64,000 nucleotides of DNA from Verrucomicrobiota bacterium (GTDB lineage: Bacteria; Verrucomicrobiota; Verrucomicrobiia; Limisphaerales; VHDF01), in NCBI GenBank assembly GCA_016871495.1, contig VHDF01000011.1, positions 12,384 to 76,383 on the forward strand. The letters are read 5' to 3'. Each line of letters opens with the position of its first letter. Position 1 is the first letter of the stretch. Below are positions 57,670 to 64,000 of this stretch, piece by piece. Below the pieces are notes generated by a model, which was given only the letters and a program-made list of their open reading frames with translations, had not been told where the DNA came from and did not search any database. The translations under genes and the position numbers were made by a program.

Positions 57670-57771
57670 TCAGTTGAGATTCCAACGAATCGTGAAAAGC
57701 TGCCGTTGCCCACTCTTCTGCGCGAGCTGCCCCTCGATCTTGGCCATCAGGGATTCTCGTTGCTGGTCCAA
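57670..57771 (-). pseudogene. Remnant C-terminus of a SNF2-family helicase
   Basis: Manual translation LDQQRESLMAKIEGQLAQKSGQRQLFTIRWNLN*, resembling from memory the tail of RM-associated SNF2 helicases; in-frame stop upstream. Confidence 0.55.
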
Positions 57772-57906
57772 ACGCCTCCCCCTCCCATCCTCTTAGAAGA
57801 TGTCGCCCGCGACCTCTCCATCGGTCTCAGCGGGTTGCAATCACCCCGCCTCGGATTCCAAAACAAGGAACCGTGTAAGCCGTCGAAAGATCCGCCCGCG
57901 TGATGC

Positions 57907-58269
57907 CTAAATCTTCTCGAAAACGTGGACCACAGGGAGCAACTCCCCGCAGTAGAGACAATGACTTCGTCCACTCTGGCTATTGCGGCGGCATTTCGGG
58001 CATGGGACCGGTCGCCGGGTGATCTTGCCATCCTGCTTCCCATCCCGCAGATCGATTTCCTCCATGGTCCGAATGAGCAGATCATCCGAGAGATCGGAGT
58101 TTCTCCTCAACAACTCCCAAAGGGCCTGGCAGGCGATCGTCAGCGCGTCGGCCTTTCGCTTCAAATCGCTGATTTCGTTTCGAAGCCGTGCCGCTTCATC
58201 CCTCGCCTACCCCGCGTCAGCCGAAGCTTGTTGAATCGCACCATGCTGATAGAGGTCGATGATGTCCAT
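57907..58269 (-). pseudogene. Zn-ribbon protein interrupted by an in-frame TAG
   Basis: MDIIDLYQHGAIQQASADAG*ARDEAARLRNEISDLKRKAD...IDLRDGKQDGK...CPKC...CLYCG; TAG at 58209-58207. Confidence 0.75.
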
Positions 58270-58303
58270 AAATGTCCTGACGGCGCGGGTGGATGGGCCA
58301 GTG

Positions 58304-59242
58304 TTACGCTCCGAGCTCGATGGGCTTGCCACCGCTGACCAGGAAGAGAACCGCCATGCGCACGGCCAGTCCGTTGGTGACCTGCTCCAGAATCACGGAT
58401 TTCGGTCCGTCCGCCACCCGGCTCTCGATCTCCACCCCCCGATTGATGGGGCCGGGATGCATGATGAGCACGTCGGGTTTGGCGCCCGCCAGGCGCGAAG
58501 CGCTGATTCCGAACAACGTGGTGTATTCCCCGAGGCTCGGAAACATCACGACCCGCTGACGTTCATGTTGAATCCGGAGCAAATTGATAATGTCGGCATT
58601 CTCCACCGCCTCCTCAATGCGATGGGTCACGCGGCAACCCCATTTCTCAAAAACTTTGGGCACTAGCGTGGACGGGCCGCACAGAGTCACCGACGCGCCC
58701 AGCTTGAGCAAAGCCCAGATATTCGACCGCGCCACGCGGCTGTAAAGAATATCACCCAGAATCGTCACCTGCAGGCCTTCGATTCTCTGCTTCCGCTCCA
58801 GGATGGTAAAAATGTCGAGCAAAGCCTGGGTCGGATGCTCGTGAGCCCCGTCGCCCGCGTTGATCACACTCGCCTCCAGGAATCGCGACAGGAAATGGGC
58901 GGCGCCGCTCGCGCTGTGCCGGATGACGATGATGTCGGCGTTCAACGCCTCCAGATTGCGGGCCGTGTCCTTGAGCGTCTCTCCTTTGCGCAGCGACGAG
59001 GATTCGGCGGTGAAATTGACGATGTCCGCGCTCAACCGCTGCGCCGCCAGCTCAAAGCTAATCCGCGTGCGGGTCGAAGGCTCCACAAACAGATTGACGA
59101 CGGTCTTGCCTCGCAGGGTCGGCGCCTTCTTGATCGACCGCTCTCCCAGGGCCTTGAAGCTCCGCGCCGTTTCCAAAACCGCCAGGATTTCCTCCTTCGA
59201 GAGCGATTCGATATCCAAGAGATGGCGGCGATTCCAGGTCAT
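58304..59242 (-). CDS. pyrB: Aspartate carbamoyltransferase catalytic subunit
   Basis: [45 protein letters not shown]. Confidence 0.97.
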   Translation of the reverse strand: MTWNRRHLLDIESLSKEEILAVLETARSFKALGERSIKKAPTLRGKTVVNLFVEPSTRTRISFELAAQRLSADIVNFTAESSSLRKGETLKDTARNLEALNADIIVIRHSASGAAHFLSRFLEASVINAGDGAHEHPTQALLDIFTILERKQRIEGLQVTILGDILYSRVARSNIWALLKLGASVTLCGPSTLVPKVFEKWGCRVTHRIEEAVENADIINLLRIQHERQRVVMFPSLGEYTTLFGISASRLAGAKPDVLIMHPGPINRGVEIESRVADGPKSVILEQVTNGLAVRMAVLFLVSGGKPIELGA

Positions 59243-59784
59243 GAGCCGGTCAGGTAAACCGCGTCGTCCGCCTCGTTGGCCGCCATTCGAACATCCACGC
59301 GCTGCCCCGGTTCGGTCTCCACGTATTTCCCCACGAAATCAGCCTTGATGGGAAGCTCTCGGTTCCCGCGGTCGATCAACACGACAAACTGAACGCGGCG
59401 CGGACGTCCATAGTCATGCAACGCGTCGAGAGCCGCGCGTGCGGTTCTGCCGCTAAACAACACATCGTCCACCAACACCACGGTCTTTCCGTTGACGTCA
59501 AAGGGGATGACCGTGGGCAGGATTTCCGGAGTGGCTTTCTTGTCGAGATCGTCCCGATGCATCCCCACATCGAGGGTGCCCTGCGGCACCGGGTGGTTCC
59601 AGATCGCACCCAAATCACGAGCCAGCCGCTGGGCAATCATCACGCCCCCTCTCTGCACCCCCAAAATGCCGAGGGCATCGCTCTCCTCATTTTGCTCGGC
59701 AATCTCGTGAGCGATTCGCGAAAGAGCTCGGCGAATCGCTTGTGCCGGCAGGATCCGGGTCGATGGGACAGGCGGCGGCGTCAT
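59239..59784 (-). CDS. pyrR: PyrR (pyr attenuation protein / uracil PRTase-like)
   Basis: [40 protein letters not shown]. Confidence 0.95.
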   Translation of the reverse strand: MTPPPVPSTRILPAQAIRRALSRIAHEIAEQNEESDALGILGVQRGGVMIAQRLARDLGAIWNHPVPQGTLDVGMHRDDLDKKATPEILPTVIPFDVNGKTVVLVDDVLFSGRTARAALDALHDYGRPRRVQFVVLIDRGNRELPIKADFVGKYVETEPGQRVDVRMAANEADDAVYLTGS

Positions 59785-59796
59785 CCGTAGACCGCA

Positions 59797-60711
59797 TTAT
59801 GAACCCTCGGAGCGAGGTCGATCAACCATGGAGTGATAGGCCGCGCCCAGCGCCCCCGCATACTCGCCCAGTTGAGCGGGAACAATCCGTGCCCGGACCC
59901 CACCAGGACGCCATTCAAACACCTCCAAGTATTGTTCCAACGGCTTGAACAAGCTTTCACCCGCCTTCGCGATGCCCCCCCCAATGATCACGGTGTCGGG
60001 ATCCAGCACGTTGATCAGCGAGGCGACGGCAGCCGCCAGACGCCGGACCGCGGTGAGCCAGAACACCCGGGCCGGACCGTCACCAGACTCGAACGCGGCA
60101 ATGAGCTCGTGCGTCGTGGTGAATCGTCCTCCCGTCCGGTCAACAATGGACGCATTGCCCATGGCCCACTCCAGGCTGCCTGGAGCGCCACAGACATCGG
60201 GTGGCCCGTCCGGATCCAGGCTCAAGTGTCCGAGATGGCCGGCGCGTCCCATGGCCCCTCTGAGTAATCTTCCATCCACCATGGCGGCACCGCCCACCCC
60301 CGTTCCCAGAGTGAGCATAAAGACATGACGACTCCCACGGGCGGCTCCCAGCCAGACTTCCCCCAACAAAGCCGCCTGAGCGTCGTTCAGCACCGGAATG
60401 TCCCCCTGCCTGCCCAGCGCGATGGACCAATCCAATCCTTCAAGCCCTTCGAGCCTCCCGGGCATGTAGGCGATCGATTTTCCATCCGCCGACGTCAATC
60501 CTGGCGCGGACAGTCCGCACGAGCCGGCAAGTCCCATGCCTTTGGCTTCGAGGGAATGGACAAGCTCTCGCACCGCCTCGACGAAGGCTCGCGGCTCAGC
60601 AGAGTCGAACGGTTGCGATTGCCGAACCAGCATGGATCCCTCGCGGGTGACCATCACACCCTTGGCACTCGATCCTCCAAGATCAATGCCCATGGCAATC
60701 CCGGGCGTCAT
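59797..60711 (-). CDS. ROK-family sugar kinase
   Basis: GIDLGGS, LNDAQAALLGE, LTLGTGVGG, GHLGH, CGAPGSLE, IIGGG. Confidence 0.92.
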   Translation of the reverse strand: MTPGIAMGIDLGGSSAKGVMVTREGSMLVRQSQPFDSAEPRAFVEAVRELVHSLEAKGMGLAGSCGLSAPGLTSADGKSIAYMPGRLEGLEGLDWSIALGRQGDIPVLNDAQAALLGEVWLGAARGSRHVFMLTLGTGVGGAAMVDGRLLRGAMGRAGHLGHLSLDPDGPPDVCGAPGSLEWAMGNASIVDRTGGRFTTTHELIAAFESGDGPARVFWLTAVRRLAAAVASLINVLDPDTVIIGGGIAKAGESLFKPLEQYLEVFEWRPGGVRARIVPAQLGEYAGALGAAYHSMVDRPRSEGS

Positions 60712-61511
60712 GCTTCATGGCTGTCGGCGAGTTGACCCTCGCTGACTTCCCACCCCCCATCGATGCCGATGACCTGCCCCGTCACAAATTTCGACGCGTC
60801 GGAAAGCAGCCACACCACGGCAGCATCCAAGTCCTCCGGAACTCCGATCCTTCCCTGGGACAGGGGCTGTTTGGTGCGAATGAATTCCAGAATCTCAGGA
60901 CGCTCCTGGGCGCGTTGAGACATGGGGGTGGCAACCAGACCGGGCGCGAGCAGATTAAAACGTATGTCCCGAGGGGCGTAATACGCGGCGGACGATTTCG
61001 TGAGTCCCATGGCTGCCGCTTTGGCGGCCGCATAAGCGTGCGTGGCGAAATAGGCCGGGGAGGGCGAGTAACCGAGCACCGAACCGCAGTTCACGATCGA
61101 ACCTCCACCCCCCTGTTTTAACAACTGCCGCACTGCGGCGCGGTTCGAGAAAAACATCGAATCCAGGTTCAAACGCAGGGTCTTGTTCCAGCCTTCGTCC
61201 GAAATCTCGTCAAGCGGTCCATCCCCAAACCTCCGACCGCTCCCACCTGCCACGTGATAGAAGCCATCCAAACGTCCAAAAAGGCGCACCGCGAGCTCGA
61301 TTGCGGATGGGGCAGTGGCTGGCTCGGCGGCATCTCCCGCCAGTCCCGCCGCTTGGGAACCCAGAGCTTTAATCGCACTCTCCACTTTCTGCTCGGATCT
61401 TCCGACCACAACCACCTTCGCTCCCTCCAACGCGCAGGCACGCGCGGCAGAAAGTCCCAAACCACTTGTCCCGCCCATGATGACAATGGTTTTGCGGTCA
61501 AGCGCGGGCAT
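60708..61511 (-). CDS. Short-chain dehydrogenase/reductase
   Basis: MGGTSGLG, YAAAKAA (YxxxK), NLLAPG, TGQVIGIDGG. Confidence 0.93.
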   Translation of the reverse strand: MPALDRKTIVIMGGTSGLGLSAARACALEGAKVVVVGRSEQKVESAIKALGSQAAGLAGDAAEPATAPSAIELAVRLFGRLDGFYHVAGGSGRRFGDGPLDEISDEGWNKTLRLNLDSMFFSNRAAVRQLLKQGGGGSIVNCGSVLGYSPSPAYFATHAYAAAKAAAMGLTKSSAAYYAPRDIRFNLLAPGLVATPMSQRAQERPEILEFIRTKQPLSQGRIGVPEDLDAAVVWLLSDASKFVTGQVIGIDGGWEVSEGQLADSHEA

Positions 61512-61589
61512 GAGACTCAATCCTGCCTATCATCCAACGAAACACGCATCTCATCGACCCAGTTCAAGAGAAACTCGATTCTATTCCAT

Positions 61590-62948
61590 TCAATCGAGCC
61601 GCTTGATGAAGAGGTTGGCGAATTGGATGGGACTGCCATGGTGCTGCAATCCGATGCGGCCGCGGTGAGGAATTCCGTCCAGTTCAGCCTGGTCAATCAC
61701 CCGTTCTCCGTTCAATTCCACACTCACTCGGTTGCCCCGCAGCGTCACCACGAATCGATTCCATTGGCCAGGGGGCTTGTCCGCCCGCCGCTTCGGAGTC
61801 GCGGCGGCGCGCGCTTCCGCGGAACGCTTCACATCTTCACGATATTTGAAGAGCTCGCCCGAGCCCACCGGCCAGCACCAAATGTTGACCTCACTGTTCA
61901 AATCTCCCCTGAGATAAATTCCGCTGTCCCCGGCGTCAAGCACCTCCCGCAATTCCTCGCTGCCATCCGGATTCAAGCCTCTGGTTCCGTCCGATCGAAT
62001 CACCGGTAACGGCTTCGCCACGGGCTTGGCGGTCCAACGCCAGTCCGCCACCAGCACAAAGTCGCCGAACTCCTCCTCCGTCCAAAGGTGGGGATCGCCC
62101 TCACCCTTCTTCCCATCATGATCCAGGACCCAGTCCTGCGCCCGCCAGTGTCGCGCCGTGTCCGCCCGCGTCAGCCAGCCGGTCAGATCCAGGCCATTAT
62201 ACAACGAAACGAAGTGTTCGTCCGGACGCGCAATGTGGTCCGGAGCCAGCGCCTTCTCCACCGGCCATTCTTGAATGCGAAGGTTTCGAAATTCGATCGG
62301 GGAGCCCTCGGATTCCAGACAAATGTACCCTTTGCGCGGCGAGGCTTCCCGTCCCCGGGTCACCACCTTGCCGTTGACCGCCAAAGCAATGGCGCCATTC
62401 GTGCATTCGATCCGGTAGTGATTCCACTCAGGGGAAGGCTTCATGCGTTTCTCGGTCGGAAAGGCGCGATCACCGCCCCGCCCGTTCTCGGGGATCATGC
62501 GAGCGCCGTGAATTGGGAAAATATCCCCATCCGAGGTGTGGCCCGGCCCCTCGCGCCCATCAAGCACCTGCACCTCGACGGCCCGAATAAAAGGCTGCCC
62601 CGGCGCGGTCAACGCATCAGCCCAGACGAACACCCCCGCATTCCCTTGCGGACGCAGATGCCGCCATTCCAATTCCAGCGCGAAATTCTGATACATGCGC
62701 CGAGTGCGAAGCTCTCCCGTCGGGAACCCGGTGCAGAAAATGACACCGTTGGTCGCGCGGAACGTGTCCGGAGCACAATTCACATTCACCCAACCCTCCA
62801 AGTCTCGACCGTTGAAGAGCGGCGTCCACGCCATGTCCCGGGCATGCGTGCCATCGGCTTTCGCAAGCATCATCAACAACACGAGCCAGACGGGGATTGG
62901 AGAACTCGGGAAGGAGCTTCGATGGATCGAGGGAGTCACCGGGCGCAT
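61590..62948 (-). CDS. Tandem two-domain DUF1080 secreted protein
   Basis: Two repeats of LF/LYNG.DL.GW ... N/DSG ... WN ... I.L..(E/H)G..I.F.NL.I. Confidence 0.88.
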   Translation of the reverse strand: MRPVTPSIHRSSFPSSPIPVWLVLLMMLAKADGTHARDMAWTPLFNGRDLEGWVNVNCAPDTFRATNGVIFCTGFPTGELRTRRMYQNFALELEWRHLRPQGNAGVFVWADALTAPGQPFIRAVEVQVLDGREGPGHTSDGDIFPIHGARMIPENGRGGDRAFPTEKRMKPSPEWNHYRIECTNGAIALAVNGKVVTRGREASPRKGYICLESEGSPIEFRNLRIQEWPVEKALAPDHIARPDEHFVSLYNGLDLTGWLTRADTARHWRAQDWVLDHDGKKGEGDPHLWTEEEFGDFVLVADWRWTAKPVAKPLPVIRSDGTRGLNPDGSEELREVLDAGDSGIYLRGDLNSEVNIWCWPVGSGELFKYREDVKRSAEARAAATPKRRADKPPGQWNRFVVTLRGNRVSVELNGERVIDQAELDGIPHRGRIGLQHHGSPIQFANLFIKRLD

Positions 62949-63002
62949 GTTGAGGAAACATCTCCGTTCCGCCAAGCCCGTTTCTTGGCAAGCGTCCAGC
63001 AG

Positions 63003-63232
63003 CGGTGCATCCAGAAGGGGTCGGTGATACGTGCGGCAGCGCCGGGGCACGGCGTTCACGCCGCTTCAGGGCGTGTCTTCAAAGGGGCATGCCAGCTTCA
63101 ACGGGCAAGGGTGCTGCCAGGGCGAAGGCATTCACCCAGGGCGGGCCATGGACCGGGAGGAGATCGCCGCAGCAGATTGGCGCGAGCGGAAGCGCCGCGA
63201 ACGGCGCGCCCCTACACCTTGCGGATGCTCCG
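63003..63232. mobile_element. Family B MITE (copy 3)
   Basis: Ends CGGTGCATCC / GGATGCTCCG; flanks GTCCAGCAG / GTCAGCAG (DR with a 1-nt indel). Confidence 0.85.
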
Positions 63233-63258
63233 GTCAGCAGCGTGGAGGTTTCCTTGAA

Positions 63259-63420
63259 CCTTAAAACGGCAGTTGAACGTCGTGAAGATTTGCAAAGGCC
63301 TGGATGAGACGGACATGACGAAGAACGAGGCAGATCCTTTATGGATCTGGTGAGTGATTCGGAATGGCTTTATCGCCGGGACCTTGCGAAGGTTCACGAA
63401 GGGCAACTGCCGTTTTAAGG
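63259..63420. mobile_element. Family E MITE, intact
   Basis: Perfect 16-bp TIR CCTTAAAACGGCAGTT; perfect 5-bp DR TTGAA at 63254-63258 and 63421-63425. Confidence 0.9.
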
Positions 63421-63454
63421 TTGAACAACGGCCGCGCGGCCGAAGGCGATCAGG

Positions 63455-64000
63455 TCAGACCGAGCCGTGCCATCGCTGGTTCCAGCCGTCGCCCCGGGTG
63501 GGACGCGGCTCGATCTCGACTTCCGCAACCTGGAGCACCTCCGCCGATTCCCCGTATTCACCCTGCCATGCCACTTCACCTTGAGGATTCACCAGCAAGG
63601 AACACCCAATGCAACGGCGGCCCTGCCACGGCCCGGCCGTGATGGGACCAACCGAACTCACCCCCGCAATCCAAAGCCGGAAATCGCGGGCCACCGGACC
63701 ATAGTTCTCCCGCCAAAGCGCGCCGTAGGGCTCGCGTTGATTGTCGTGATCGGACGGCACCGCCCAGGCGCAGGGGGACAAGATCAGTTCGGCCCCCATG
63801 TAGCCCAGCGCTCGGGAAAGCACCTGTCCGGGAGCGAACGCGTCCGCGCAAATCATGACCCCCAAAGTCCCGAGGGGCGTGCGGACAGTTTCCAATTTTG
63901 CGCCCTGTCCATAACAGGCATGGCCGATCTCCAATTCATTCAATTTGCGATGCTTCAACAGGAGGCGCCCTTCGGGATCGATAAGCACCGCCGTGTTATA
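63455..64000 (-). CDS. Carbon-nitrogen hydrolase (nitrilase family), 5' end outside the window
   Basis: YNTAVLIDPEG..LKHRK, LGVMICAD, ILSPCAW, GCSLLVNPQG. Confidence 0.88.
   Translation of the reverse strand, partial: YNTAVLIDPEGRLLLKHRKLNELEIGHACYGQGAKLETVRTPLGTLGVMICADAFAPGQVLSRALGYMGAELILSPCAWAVPSDHDNQREPYGALWRENYGPVARDFRLWIAGVSSVGPITAGPWQGRRCIGCSLLVNPQGEVAWQGEYGESAEVLQVAEVEIEPRPTRGDGWNQRWHGSV

Noticed and set aside
1-64000. tRNA, rRNA, tmRNA, RNase P or SRP genes; integrase or intact transposase
   Set aside because: No matching motifs noticed by eye in intergenic regions or ORFs; a covariance-model search was not run.

Overview
GC-rich bacterial chromosome segment. The gene content (DUF1501/PSD1 pairs, DUF1080, PVC-type CxxCH protein, DUF1559-like pilin, long-N-terminus RpoD) suggests Verrucomicrobiota, probably Pedosphaera/Limisphaera-like; this is inference. 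Housekeeping genes include cinA, rplM-rpsI, argC, rsmD, rpsT, ppk1, rpoD, hom-thrC-lysC-proA, cstA-nadD-rsfS and pyrR-pyrB. They are mixed with sugar-catabolic and secreted uncharacterised genes. I saw no rRNA, tRNA, CRISPR array or intact transposase. The most unusual content is non-coding. (1) Three different REP-doublet cargos share one ~10-bp terminal inverted repeat (CGGTGCATCC) and are often flanked by 9-bp target duplications; at three loci they stack as DR-element-DR-element(-DR). (2) An unannotated ~75-nt sRNA candidate lies between proA and lysC, with a near-consensus sigma70 promoter, an exposed anti-Shine-Dalgarno motif and a terminator. (3) A perfect 28-nt tandem duplication covers the rpoD translation-start region. 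(4) A decayed defence-type island at ~56-58.3 kb holds a VapBC pair, a SNF2 tail, a truncated AAA ATPase and an amber-interrupted Zn-ribbon gene. All family assignments come from motif recognition by eye; no database search was run.
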